DNA of 64,000 nt. Source: Ascidiella aspersa (lineage: Eukaryota). Location: contig OZ004609.1 of assembly GCA_963924565.1 (NCBI GenBank), positions 17,360,001-17,424,000 on the forward strand. Direction: 5' to 3'. This document shows, in pieces, positions 1 to 24,700 of this stretch. The notes beneath the pieces are model-generated. The model was not told the DNA's origin and searched no databases. It saw nothing but the letters and a program-made list of their open reading frames with translations. Numbering within the stretch: the first letter of the stretch is position 1; each line of letters begins with the position of its first letter. A program made the translations under genes and the position numbers.

Positions 1-1727
1 GCTAAGCAGATGATTTGTGTTTTAGAGGTTACATCTTAAAACGTAACAGTTTACGATGTTTGTCTTGTGCGCATTAAGATGTTTACTCGATAAGTTTAAA
101 CTCTTACCCGAGCGAATGTATTGCCCAAAATTGTCGCATAATAAAGGTAGAGGGTCGACGACCCGCCATTATAAAGCAGCGGCCGCGCAAGAAACAAACA
201 GAAGGCAAAGCGACAAGCCGAGAATGCTGCTTTGTGACAGCCAATAGGCCCGCCTATTTAATCTCTGCACACAAATAAAACCCGCGCGGGTCAATACGAG
301 CGTTTCCGTTTTAACGCAATTCGCCTTTGGCGTGTACACACTCACACGGCGAAGGTTAACGGTAAACAGAGAACGGACGTGGCCGTGCACAACACAAGTC
401 ATTTCCACGCCCTAGGGCGAACGAACAAGGCAAATCTCACCTACTTCTATGGGCTGGCTGCTGTGTGTATGTATGTCGACTTGAGGTTGTCAGTCTTAGA
501 ATTAACGACGCAAGATGTGCCAAGTTTCCCGTATTATTTGGCCAATAATTACAAATATTTCCCTGTGATTATTTGGTTGGTATAATATAACAAACGCGCG
601 ACAGCACCGTTTGCTTTTAATGAACTGTTTTATTCGACATTTGAAAATACTGAGGTAGTCATTTAAAAAACCAACCCACACATTAACCGTTTTCCAGTTG
701 AACACAATTTAATACTTCGGTTGAAAAGATAACTATCCAACCTTGTCACAAATAAAGCAAATATATTACAACGAGTAAAGGGCCGGTAACCCAATGTTGT
801 CCAAGGGAAATTATAAAAGAAAGATAATAAGATTATCGCATACACCGCTTGTAGGAAAAACGAGAACCTTTACCGTAGATGTTACAACGAATCTACCCTG
901 ATGAGTCATAACAGATATCTACCAGGAAACTACTTAAAAAAAATAATAGAAAATTGTCGGTTTACGAAACCGGTAACCTATTTTGTTCTTATTGAACCTC
1001 CCCTTTTTGTAATGCAGCGCTAAGGTTTAGGATAATGTCGAACCTATTACACCTTTAATCGAAATTTTGTAACTTAACAGTTTAAACTTTTATTATTTTA
1101 GATTGACTTATGCAGAAGTTTGCATTTGCCAAGACAGTGATAGTACGTTTAACGTTAAAAATCGCTCTACCTTATTGGGGTCAAAAATTTACTGCAATGC
1201 AAGTGGTAAAAAAAATACTCAAAAGCGTATAACAGCGAAAACGGGGCTTAAAAACTGCGTGTCGTGAGGTCGTTAAAGACTGGCAAGCAGCAGGTTTTCT
1301 TTTGTCACCCAAACCAAACTTAATATCGTCGTAACACAGCAGCGCTTTTGAATCAACATCAACAACACAGAGACCGGCTTGGCTCGTAGGTCGCTGCTCG
1401 AGCACGAGCGCTCGGTGTATACAGGCTTCGCGCGCCACGTCTTATTAAATTTCGAGTAACCATTGTTTAGCTGACGGACACAATTGGACTCGGCGGGAAG
1501 CCGCGCGCGCCCCATTCCGGATCTCGCGGTCGCGATACTTCCGCTCGCGGCGAGTAATTCGCCAACGGCGGCATCCATCCGTTCCCTTATATATTGGTCG
1601 ACCAACGCAACGGGAAGGAGCCTATTGTCTTCGTGTCGGTGCACCAGGTGCGCTTGTCATAAGGGGATTGTCTTTTATTATTCCTCCTACGAGTAATTCA
1701 TTAATGCGCACGAGCACAGGTTGGTGG

Positions 1728-2129
1728 CCGGGTTGCCAGTCTTTGGACTTTTTAAAGTCAAATTTCAATATTTCGGATTTTTTTGAACCTCTTTGTTTTG
1801 TATTTTTTTATTTTAATGAAATTTGGCTTTTTTCGGATTTTTTGGTTTCATTCAAAAATTTCATAAGTTTTATTTTGAGAAGAGATCAAACTATCGCTAC
1901 CAAGAAAAAAATCACAAAAAGGGGAAAATTGCCAAGAAAAATTTCCAAATAGAAGAAAAATTTCCAAAATGAAAAAAAATTGCTACAAAAAGAGAAATTC
2001 AATGTACCAGCATGACCATTTATTAGGTTAGTCTTTTCAGGAAAAACATAGGCTTGTTAGAGTTTGTTGTGGATTTGGCTTTTTTCAGGTAAGTTTTGCC
2101 CTTTCTATTTCGGCCATCTGGCAACCCTG
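1728..2129. mobile_element. Non-autonomous hAT-type MITE
   Basis: TIRs ccgggttgccag / ctggcaaccctg. 8-bp TSD gttggtgg / gttgctgg. Confidence 0.8.
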
Positions 2130-5100
2130 GTTGCTGGCTGGGGTGCTGTTGGTGTATCGCCTGATATCGACCCGACTATTTGTGATACAAAGGACCCATG
2201 AAATTTCGTAGCGATCTATGAACGGAGTTCGACAACGTCAAAATAGTAGCTTGCCGTAACTGCTCCATCCGTGAGCTACATACAAGTTGGCGGATAACTA
2301 AGGCTCGATTAGGCTGCGCCGCTTAGGAAATTGGAAAGTAAACAACAACAAAGTAGAAACGTGCCAAGTAAATATGGCCCCCTTGGGACAGAAACTGTCA
2401 AACTGTAGAATGTTAGCCTTACTTTAGGTTGAACATAGTCGAGTTGCCTTGCTAGTTAAACACAAATAAAAAGTCAGTCTAACAATTATACAAACTACAA
2501 ACATTCTAGATGCAAAATAAAATAGTCTTAATTGACAGTCCCTAAAACCGTCAATTCACCCTATTTCTGGCCACAATTTGATAATTAAATTTGGTTACAG
2601 TCGTTTAGCAGTGTGCGTAATTCTCTGCTCAAAAATTAGGTTGGATAACCAAATAGTTGATATATTACGATCTGTTTAAATTCAATCTATATAAAAATAA
2701 GTTCAACGGAATTTGAATCGCGTAAACCGTGACTACTGACCTATTTGGATCAATATTTTACTATTACTTAAGGAATGTATTGATGAGTGGTTGCTCTGAA
2801 CACACCTAAAACTATGTTTGTCATGAATTAAAATTACATAAATTAAAAGAAAAATTAAAGCAATTTACACATGTTAATATTTTGGCCGAAATTATACCAA
2901 GTTATTGTATGTGCGAAAGCGACGTTGCTGTTAAATTAAGTTGAGTTCTTTAGCTCCACCATACGGATTTTGCAATTAACAAGGTGCGAAAGCACTCCGT
3001 GGAACACAAGGCAAGCCAATGCAAACCGCTTCGATAAAAACAACATCTTTGAAAATGATGAGTATGAAATTAATTCAGTAAAACCCAACTTACAACAACT
3101 CACCTAAACCTATATTAAACAAAGAAAAATTAAAAGGCCGTATGTGGCCAAAACTCTAACCAGGGCGTTGTCAGCGTAGAGCGGCCATATACTAAGTCAC
3201 TAAGTCAGTCTTTCTTTAAACTTTTCCACCCCTATTAAAACAAACCACAAATTCATATAATATTGAAGGTATATAAGATTCGCCAAAAGCTCGAAACTCT
3301 TTTGCATTTATTTAAGGTAAATAGGGAAAAAATATAGTTATTTTGGAGGGGCATTGTCTCGTGTTTTTCTTGTCACAATATGAATACTATTAGCGGTGAC
3401 GATTTACAGAGTCCAAGCATGTTATCTAGCTGTTGTTTAAGGTTTAGCGAAGTTTGCATGTTCACGTGCACCGCACCAATTAACCTTGACACTAAACGCC
3501 TATAATTGTGTATGGTTTCTGCACAGAGTTTAGGAACCTCGCTATGGAGATATAAGACTTACAATTTCAGTCAAGGCTATGTCTAGCAGCCCGACAGAAT
3601 TACAGCGTATCTACCAACAACTAATGAGTCGGTAAAGAGAGTATGAAAAAAACGACACCGAGATTTTAATGTCTATTTCATTTTGTTGTTCATAATTTTT
3701 ACTTTGCATAGCAAGCAAGTCGATAAAGGAGTATGGATAAATTACGAAAGCATTATAACTAGTTAATAGATGTCACTAAACGATGAGTAATATATATCGC
3801 GTTTTAAAGTAAAGGTAAAAACTTATAACATATATGTTTTGCTTTTGGCGTAAATTTCCCTTAAAAGTGTGCGTTAACAAATTTTGTGCCGAGAACTTTA
3901 AGTCGTGATATCCTAATCGCATTGGTGACAAGGTGAACAAAGTGCATCGGACGACATTCCGCAGGGCGCAAGTCACAGACCCGAGACGCCTCCGTGCCAC
4001 ACCCTTCACTGAACTCACGTCGATTTCACGTCACGTATTAAGGATGTGCGGCCTAATCGTTGCGCTGCTCATGTCCGCTTTCAGCATTCCTCGGCCCTTA
4101 TACATCGGCGCACTGGAGGGACGACTTCGGCGTGGCAGCGTGTAGCATGTGATTACATTCTAATCGCTTGGCCAGCGTAGCGCTCACGGGCGTTTTTAAT
4201 CCGGCCACTGCTCCTACCGCATAACTCCCATGCTTCCCGCGTTTCGCAACACCACATCAGCGTCTGGGCGTTTAAATCGCCACATTGTACAGCAAGGATG
4301 GGAGACGTATAGGCATTGTACAAAATCGCTTGTGTGCGCTATCGTTTTCGGGTCAACGCATAGTTTTCAATAACTCTCCCAAAGTTTATATATTTACACG
4401 ACTCGTGAATCATTACATCCGCAGTACAATGTTGGCAAAAGGGTGCGATCCTTATGCAACGTAAATACCACTTGGTCGATGCGCGTAGCGACAAAGGCAG
4501 TTGTGTTTCTAGAGGCCAATCAACACGCCACATTCTGCCTATGGCTGACTAACTAACCCAAGCAGCCTGGAAGTATAAATTTACATTCCAAATCATGTTA
4601 AAAATGGCAACCATCTAAAGGCTAAGCCGCGAAATACATGACAAGTACTCTGAACAACAATTTAAAAACATGTATTTCGTTACATTGAAATAGGTTAAAC
4701 TAAACGCAGCTTTAAAATCATATATTAAGTTGCCAGTGGCTATCGGCCGAGTGCACGAGATTTGTAGATATCAACAACGATGCAATCACGTTCTAGGTCC
4801 CCAACAAAACCGCATGGTTACCGTGCGCCGTTAACAAATTGGATTTCCGAAAGGGCGAGCGACAGCATATGAAAGGCCAAATGTGTTTCGCGGCAACATG
4901 CCGGCGTCTGTCTTTCTCAAGGTTATATTGCGGATGTAATAATTCACGTAAAACGCACATGAAAAAGGGAAAATTGATTTTGCGGCGGAGATCAACAGAA
5001 GGGCGGAATAGTGTAGACATTGGCGCCGATGTGCGATGGCCTTTTGATGGGCGTTTATTGCTCAGGACGCGACACCGGGCCGAGCGTATTATGGCTAAAT

Positions 5101-7526
5101 TTAAACCTATTACGCACTCCCTTGCGCGCATCCCCTCTCCTGCTTTGCTCGACACGGTATTTTATCGATCGCACTTGTGCACGTAAAATGTACGTTGGGT
5201 TAAACCTTGAGTTTACAAAGATATAAGTTAAAATGAGCAGAAGGTAAATCGTGAAAATAGAAAGCATGTAAACTATGAGAGTGACTTATAAATAAATGTC
5301 GACGACAATTCTTTAAACTAAACCCTTGATGCATAAAGGGCCACGGTTTGAACAAAAAACAAGTTGTTTATTTAGCCTAATGGCACTGCTTATATTTTAA
5401 AACAAGCCCAAGTAATCCAGTAAAAATATATTCAAAACAGTTATACGATCTATGTTGAACTTAATCACAAGAGGCAATCCAGAGTTCATTTAAATACTAA
5501 ACTCAAACGTTCCTCGAAAGTATGGTTGGTTAAATATCAAACTTACCTTACAACTTCTTTCTAGGATATACAAATGTTGCATAAAATATATTTACCAAAT
5601 CAAATCAAACTTTCAAACAATTGTCTGAAGATTGGCACAAGTTGCTTTCATTGCAGGATGCGAGTTAAACATCGACGGCCAATTACGGGGATTTACGCCC
5701 CGCCTGCAAGACACTGGCTTTGTGAAATACTTTATAGTTAAACCTCAAACGATGAGTATATTGTTTGTGTTTCGCGACAGCGACAGCCATTTCAGTGATC
5801 GAACAAACTGGTAACGTGTAACACCGATAAAAGAAACAACGCTACAAGCGAAAAAATTGTATGCATACATTCGAGCAATTCTGGAATCAAGCAGAACTTA
5901 ATTTGTTTAGGCAACAGAACAAGTTAAGACTAAGCGTATTTAGCAAATGAGCGCAATACCGCCACCCAGTGTGTGGCAGCATTTGGCTTAACTGTTAGCA
6001 ACTCAGTCGTCTCTAAGACGCCAATTCGGAGACAAAATGACAGATCGCGAACAAAAACGAGAAGTGTGTGAAACTTTACGCTAGGCCAGGCACCCCTGGC
6101 ACCACAAAACGGGGGTTTAAGTGGATATGCTAGGACCCTCAGGTTTATCCCCGAAGACAGAGCCCAGGGTGCATTGACATAAAAACATCACCCCTAAAGC
6201 CGGGGCGTCTGTTGTGAGCCAACAAACAAGGCGCCGCGCAATAAATCCTCGCTTGGGAAAGAAGAGATCGAACCGTCAACAAACACTTGCAAGCCGAGCC
6301 GCCGTTTCTTGGCTAAAAATAGAAGCGTTTTGTGACGTTTGGTGCTGGAACGCAAGTCGGCCACCCCGCTAATCAACTGCTGTAACCGCGTGGTTTGATG
6401 TTAGAGCTCTGATAGGTCTAGTTCGAGCCTTAATTGGATTCGTTCCTGCTCAGTTCATGCTGATAACATGTTATGCCCTTATACTGGAGAAATAAGGCTC
6501 CCTTGTCGCACTAAATCCTTGCTTAACGTATCAGCAAACCGCAAACTGGTCAAATCCCGTAACTTCAATTCTAGCTTTGGCGTAAGCGGGACAAGCCAAT
6601 AGGCGGAAGTAACGGCACTTAAAAGAAACGCGCGGAAGCGCTGGTCTCTAATCCGCATCATACCACCCGCGCGTATACCTTCTCCGACATGAAAAGACTG
6701 TAATTTGCACGCCGTGGATGCCCGGTAATGGCCGAGGTCCGGATTCTTGCGGGTCGCACGAGAGATCACCGCCTACCTCGCTAATCACCAACTTTGTCTT
6801 CGTGCTTAGTATGCCATGGCGCCAGCACCGGGACAGCTGAGGCACGCCGCACTCGTCAAAGATATCAAAGCGCTGCTCGAGCTGCTTTGAAGCGCGCGAT
6901 GAAAGACCTTTAACTTTGAACGCACCGTTTCCGGCCTATGCCCTTTGGGGAGCGAAACCTGGCTGCGATAAGCGACCAGGAGTGAAAAAGGCCCTCTTCC
7001 CCGCGCTTGGCTGACAACGCAGCGTGACAGCGACGCCAAACACCGGCACCTGGCAATGTCGTTTACACACGCACACATCACCTCTCAATCGTTCAGGGAA
7101 TCGCAGCCACTGAAGCATTTAGATATGTTTCGCTTTGCTCGCAATCGATAAATTTGCGTGGATGGCGAATAATGTAGATTCGAAAACACGGCCTTTGGCC
7201 GCCAAACCATAAGTTGCACCAAACACGAAAACCCGGCGGGTCGAATAACAAACTGCTTTGCGTGTTGGGATGCAAGAAACAAGGAGATTGCAAAATATCA
7301 GCACGCACTGAGCTAGTTCGCGTGACACTCAAGTAGCTTCTACTGGCGACAAAAGGCGCGAAGTTCGAGCGGTGCTGCAGCTTCTTTCCACCCACCCCCA
7401 CCCCACCCATCTCTTGGTCGTCGCGGTTCAGCGACCCGGATTTACGCAACACACACACACTGCCTCGCGACGCACGATGAATACGGTCGCCCTTACAGTC
7501 ACAACAATTCGAGAAATATCTTAAGG

Positions 7527-7897
7527 CAGTGCTTTTCAACCTTTAAAATCTCTATCCGCACTTTTTTACTTGTTCGCATCCTTTAGTTTAAGGGCGACCG
7601 TATTCATCGTGCGTGTTCGCATCCTTTAGTTTTATTTGTGAAATAACAATGAACGGTTTTGAATATTAAAACAGTGTACCTAAGCCTTGGCCAATATAAA
7701 ATAGATAGCTTAAGGTGCAATGAACCACTTAGAGACTCTATTACTGTAGGCTACCTGTAATGCATAAGTGGGCGCACCAGCTTATTTGGTTACTGTATTA
7801 CACATAATAATAAATAAGTATGCACCATTTTTATCCGCACGTTTATCCGCACGACGTTAGTCATTCCGCGTACCATCCCACGGGTTGAAAAGCACTG
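7527..7897. mobile_element. hAT (Charlie-like) MITE
   Basis: TIRs cagtgcttttcaacc / ggttgaaaagcactg. Degenerate 8-bp TSD tcttaagg / tctttaga. Confidence 0.8.
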
Positions 7898-10800
7898 TCT
7901 TTAGACAATCGCCTCCAAGTTGAGTGATCGAAAGTGCGTAGCTAGGTTTCGGAACGAGAGCTTGCGATGCAGGTATAAGCAGTGGCTTTTCACGGCAGCA
8001 TCGGACACGAAATAAAAGTTTTACAATAAGTATGGAACAAAAATTATAAAACCTAAGCAGAGAGATTCATACAACTAAAAAAATAAACGAAAATGTCAGC
8101 ACTTTTTTTGCAACACTTTAACATAACAAGGTTGTATTTGCGAAAAATAATATTGAGAGACCGACGACGTTTTGTAGGCAAAATATTATTTCTAACAAAA
8201 CTGTAATCACAGTAGTATTTATAGTGAAGCGTTTAATAAAATGTGTTGTCTTTCGAAAAGTAAAACATGTCCGGATGTTTAGCTATTGAGTTGACTCAGC
8301 TGATATATCCCAAATAATAGAGCAATATTTGCTCCTTAAATACAAACAGAAAAGCGTCGCGATCATTTCAAAGCGCCGCCGTTAATGTCTGCTTCATCGT
8401 ATCTCCATGTAATATTGCGGATTAATTAGGATAAGCAAACGAATCTGTACACCAACATTAAACACCGAAGAGCGATGCGACATCTGTTGTGAGCACCTGT
8501 ATCACACCAAGATGCTCCTGTATTGCGTCAGGGGTCGTCCAAATCAAAAAAGTAGTTCGCTGCGGTCTGTGCACAACGGCAGGGGTAAGCGTAGCCCTTA
8601 TACGCAAAGTCTATTAATCCGTGGCAAAACAACGGCACGGGTGCGAAGCAAGAAGAATATAATTGTTTCATATGGTGGCGAACATGTGATATGTGTGCGC
8701 TTTTTTCACATTTTTGGAAACGAAGTACCAATTAAGTACAGTTTTTAATTAAGCACAAGAAGGTGCTGCATTATTCAAGCAACTATCCATAATACATTGC
8801 GTGATTTTAGAAGTATCGTAAAATAACACATTTTGTTTCTCGTGTAAAACTTTTACACTTTTCTGCTGTAAAACCATTTTACGCTACACAATAACCCTGA
8901 AAATTGTATATATTCTTTGAAGTGGCTACCGACATATTCCAACTGGAAAATCCGGTGTGTTAACGCCGATTAGTCTTTAGTCGAAACACTTATTGGATGT
9001 ACGAGATCAAAGGCAGCAGTCGCAACGGTTTATACGTCAAACGATCGTTAAGCGATTTAGTCAAACAGAGAGCTAAACTGTGTAGGATTCGAACTGTTTG
9101 AAACAAATTTTGAGATTAACCTTAACGTTAAGTTATCTGCACCGACACATAGTTCAACGACATGAGCAAATCGATTTTTAAAATGCCACAACGGCTTGTG
9201 TAATGTGGCTTTGATGCCATGCTTGTCAGGCACAGTCAAAAGGTTACACGTGTTATCCGTGCACATTTAGATAGCGATGCCAAGAAGCAGCGGACGCGCG
9301 GTTCCCAACCCCTTGTAAAGGCTTTAAAGAACAGGAAGCTGGACGCGTCATGATATCAGAGCCAAGCTGTGAACTTCAGTCGAAACAGGACTGCGGCAGA
9401 GAACCCCACGCCAGGCGCAGCTGCGCTACGGCCCGCAACCTTTACTTCGACTTCCGTCAATCAAATCTCTGGCCGATGTTGTCCGGCGTAAAAATAGCGC
9501 TAGCGGGCGGCAAGTCGGGATTAGCTCACGGCAATTAGCCTGCCGCTTTCCCCGGGAAACGGACGCGCTGGTAATGGGCGACGTCGCCATTAACGCCAAG
9601 CTGTTGTTTTCGCAGCTCGGTTCGGTGAGAAGCTATAGGAGGTGCGTTGACAGTGAAACCCTGGACAGCACTGAAACACTTACGGGACCCCAATAAAATG
9701 ACACTGCGAAATGTTAAATCGACAATTTACCATCCTTGACACGCATGTTTTAGGGTTTCGTACTACAGAATAAAGGTAAAAATATTTCGGTACATAGTAC
9801 ATTACACGCAAAACACACAAAATTAGATCATATAGAAATATCTCCGATTGCTAAACTTTAACTGTAATGGAAAACATATAATTTACAACCGAAAAGGAAG
9901 GAACAATGGTAAAAAAAACACAAAAAGACTTTAACGTTTGCCCCCCTTACTTAAAAAAATATTCAACGTATTTTATTTTACCAATTATTTCGAAAGTTTT
10001 AGAAGAACATTACAGGTTCTTTAAAAGAACATGAAAAGGTTGGATGATACAGTACTTGTTTCAAAAGATAAATATTACGTCAATACGAACTATCCATCCA
10101 ATCAGCACAATGTCGACTAGGAAATGATATAGAAGTATAAAAATCTGATGTTACGGTACCCGTTGAAGTAAATTGAGATAAGGATACGGCTTGACGCACA
10201 ACAACGTCAAATCTTACCGTCACGAATCTACTTCCGATAAGCGATAACAATCCCTTAACATTCTCCAAAATAATTGCCTTCTGTTAGTCTAAGTCAGACG
10301 AAATGTATAGTTTCCATGCAGCCAACTGAAATGGATCGTTTACCTATTATTTTCCCCGGATTTCCGCGTTGGTTATTCGCAGTAGCAACATCCACGTATT
10401 AAACATGTTGTTTAACATCCTTACACATTTTATTATAGTAATCGGATCACACAAAGCATGCTCGACTTTAACTGTGACAATTTCATTGACTGCCGCAGTG
10501 GGAGATAACAAACCACGCTTAATTAATTCCGTGCCCGCAAGATTCGCGTCGAAAGGGCAAGCGATTAAGATAAACCATAGTCGTTTGCATGCGCATGTGA
10601 AGCGGTAAAACCGAAAACAAACATACTCACATTGGCTTCGGTTTAAGCTAGTATTAGATGTGCAACTACTAACAAATGTGTGCCTAACTACACGGGGCAC
10701 AAACACTATCACTTGAAACAGTGGTATAAGGTGCCAATCAGTATTAAGTGTCAACCAACACCACACAGCTATGCAGTTAAAACTGTCCATTTTATTACAA

Positions 10801-11176
10801 AGCTTGAATTGACCGGTTGTCAAGTAAGTTAGTGCAACGGCAGAATCGCTATAGGAGAGGTTTCAAGGATTGAGCATTAACTTTTTGGCAAGACCTTTAA
10901 TTAAATCGTATCGGATTTGAGTTCTGGTTTTGCAGACACTCGAACTGCTACGCCTTCCGCCACCGAGACGAACAACAAGCAAATTTGGCCGAAATAAGTA
11001 AGTACGGCCGACCGTAGAAACTTGAGCAGCCACACAAGTTGCGCTTTGAAGCGAAGCGTCATTTAAGCGTCGAAAATGCAGATCCGACTTACTTCGATGC
11101 GCCCGTCACCGCAACTTAAGTGTATTCGATCACGTGGGATTCGACTTGTGATACACAGCTCAAGTATAGCGCTTAC

Positions 11177-21408
<10,232 letters not shown>

Positions 21409-21738
21409 TTTGTTGCAAACGTCTTGCAAAACAATAACGTGGGCAATTTTCTTACGATTTTCTAAAATGGGAATTAACCGTGCGGTGTTTACCCTAATTG
21501 TTTTCATACTGTAAATAAAATTTAATTTAATTATTTTAAATGTCGATATTTAGGTAGTTTTAGGGGAATTTTTGCATTCTACATATTTTACTGTAAATTC
21601 ATTGTCTGATTGTGAATTCCCCCATTTGTATCAATTTATTCAATCTCATATAAATTGATGTTGTTGTGTATGAGGTTAATTTGTTAATTATTTTAAACCA
21701 AAGTTCAGCGAAGTTTGCGCATAAATATAAGTTAAGAT
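21409..21738. promoter_or_regulatory. Putative bidirectional promoter between SPATA5 and GALNT10
   Basis: The divergent ATGs are only 330 bp apart. Confidence 0.7.
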
Positions 21739-24700
21739 ATGCGAATTAAGTTAAGAAAATGTGTAGTTCTGTTGTTACTGAGTTGTCTCTTTTTACTGTT
21801 AATATTAAAATTGATGGACTTCTCATCAAGTACGTCATTAGTCGAAAAAGATCTTAATTCCAACCAACTCTTTGAGCACAACAATATCATTCCAAATTTT
21901 CAACCAGTAAGTACTGTTGTTTTAATTTTAGTATTGAAAGTTATTTATTTGAGTTGCAAAATAATTATACATACATTTCAGTGGTCTATAGTAATTCCCA
22001 ATGTTGCATTATAAATAGAACTTTTAGCTTACAAAGTTTTAGTTTGATATTTACAATTTATTATATCTAAGATGTTATTTTAAGGATGATTTTGTGGCCG
22101 ACAGTCAAAATCAACGAGAGATAATCAATTGGCATGACAGGAAGCTCATACTAGAAGATCGAAAAAGGACTGGTATGTAGTTAACAGAACTTTACTCATA
22201 TTAATTTTGTACATTTATACTTTATGAAGTATTATGTGTTACATATGAATGCAACAATAATTTATAAATAGGTCCTGGTGAGCAAGGTGTTGCTGTCCAT
22301 TTACAAGAAAGTGAAAGGGGACATGGAGCATATGCTGATAATGGATTTAACATTTTAATAAGCAATAGAATATCTCTAAACAGATCGTTACCGGATATAC
22401 GTCACCCAAAGTATGTTGTTGTATTTTGCAATGTATATTAAATGTATTTAAGTTGTGATTTTATTGTTTATAAACATTATTCATATTGATGGCTTAACAG
22501 TATTACAAGTTGCTTGATTTTAGTAAACTTGTTAACTAGAAAACACCAGAACTAACTTATTTGCAGTAATGGATACTTCAACAATAGATAAACCTAAAAC
22601 TAAATTTTAAGTTAACCTAACTTTATCTTGCATAAATGCTGGAACAGTTGTCAACGCAAGTTGTACCTGTCAAAGTTGCCAAATACATCTATCATCATTC
22701 CTTTCCATAATGAGGGATGGTCCACATTGTTCAGGACTGTCCACAGTATTATTAATAGGACACCAACACCTTTGCTGCATGAAATCATTCTTGTGGATGA
22801 CTTTAGCTCTATGTGTGAGTCATTTAAATGCTTTATTGAAGTGCATTTACATTTATTGTGACTTTTTGTTAATATTACTGTTAATTACCTCTAAAAGCAT
22901 TTGAATGAAAGGCTTTTTAACATAAACACAGTTTCCAATTTTTTTAGTTCAGTATAGAGAAGAATTGTAATTAATATCAAAAAACATGACAACTTTTATC
23001 CTATATATATATGTCAAAATATATACTTTATCTCCTGATAATGGGAAACTTTTTTGAATGTCAACACTCATAATTTTTTTTAATTTAGAGGCAAACCTAT
23101 CATAAGTAACTTGAAAGCATAATTGTTACTGGTGATATGACATGCATCATCTTTCACCAGAAATACTCTTAAAATTGTTTTTAGAAGGTTTGTGAAGCCA
23201 AGAGCATATTAATACCATACAATAAACATTGAGTAAAATAGTTCATAACTTAAAAAAACTCTTTAGTAAATTATTGTTTATTCAAATAATCTAGATATAA
23301 AAACATGCAATCAGTGTCATTTTTATGTATGCTTTTTTCATATTAGGTTTGTATTACAGATATAAATTACTCATTCATGTTTTTTTGTTTTTTTTCAGTA
23401 CACTTAAAAGAAAAACTGGATAAAGAACTTGCCAAGTATGCAAAGGTTAAATTAATTCGTACTGAAAAACGTGAAGGCCTTATCAGAGCGAGGTTGGCTG
23501 GAGTGAACCAAGCTAGTGGACAAGTTGTTGTAATCCTTGACTCACATGTAGAGGTTACCCACAACTGGCTTCCACCATTGTTGGGTAATAATTATTATTT
23601 TGTCATCAACATAAGTCAAACCCAACATAAACAAAAACTAAAAGACTATATTGTTTAGATCCTATTGCAAAAGATCGCAAAGTGGTCACCTGTCCCATGA
23701 TTGACATCATAGACAAGGATGACTTTCACTACCTGACCCAACCTGGTGATGCTATGAGGGGGGCTTTTGACTGGGAGCTCTACTATAAAAGAATTCCTAT
23801 TCCAGATGAAATGAAACCTAAAGATCCAAGTGACCCATTTGAGTATGCATCCCTAGGACAGTGTTTTCTGAATATTAAGCATACATATAACATTTTTAAT
23901 AGGGCACAGAAAATGTTAAACTTAGCATACCAAAATAAGGTCATAATGGAATGTCATGAAACTTAAATATGTTGAATTTCAGAAAAGTGTTACAAGGTTA
24001 CAATGTCAATATGGGTTTTAAATACTAAATCTAAATATTAAAAAGATTTGTATGACGTAGGCTCTTATAATCTTTTTGAAATGAAAAAAGTAACTAACTA
24101 ACTTTGAAGTGTTGTTTCTAAACAGAGATCCAATCATGGCAGGGGGTTTGTTTGCAGTAAACAGGATTTATTTTCAAGAAATTGGCCTTTATGATCCTGG
24201 ACTGGAAATATGGGGTGGAGAGCAATATGAACTGTCGTTTAAGGTAATTGTTCGTAAAGTTTCTACCAAAATGCAGTTAACCTAACTAAGTTTTCTGGCT
24301 GTTTTAACCCTTATTTAAGGTCTGGATGTGTGGCGGCAAGATACTGGATGCTCCTTGTTCAAGGGTAGGCCATATCTATCGCAAGTTCATGCCTTATTCT
24401 TTACCTAAAGGAACAAACATCAATCGGGTGAGAAAGTGGATTATTGCCTATTATTCAGTGTTTATGCCTGGACAGACGAAACTTTGAATGAAAAATATGT
24501 CATGATTAAGTGCCGTATTGTTTAGTTAGGAATAGTTTATCAGCGTTGTTCTTTTTCAGCAAACCACTTCAGATGCTAAAAGCATAGTGGTGCACTGCTT
24601 ACCATAAACGTATTTTCTTTTTTTCTTTTTTTTGCTTATTTTAAAGTTAAACGTATTTCGTCTTGTAGCACCTAAACTTGACAGCATATATTTATAACAA

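Noticed and set aside
897-930. ctgatga...gaaac strings here and ctgatga at ~58502 as hammerheads
   Set aside because: No supporting stem I/II/III pairing.
56-11000. Numerous 60-160 aa ORFs in the left 11 kb
   Set aside because: No recognisable domains or coherent splice chain. They are consistent with chance ORFs in GC-richer non-coding patches. The missing SPATA5 ALxRPGR exon was looked for and not found.
23536-23553. DSHVE instead of DSHCE in GALNT10 as a sign of inactivation
   Set aside because: The DxH metal ligands are intact, and this position varies among GalNAc-T homologues.
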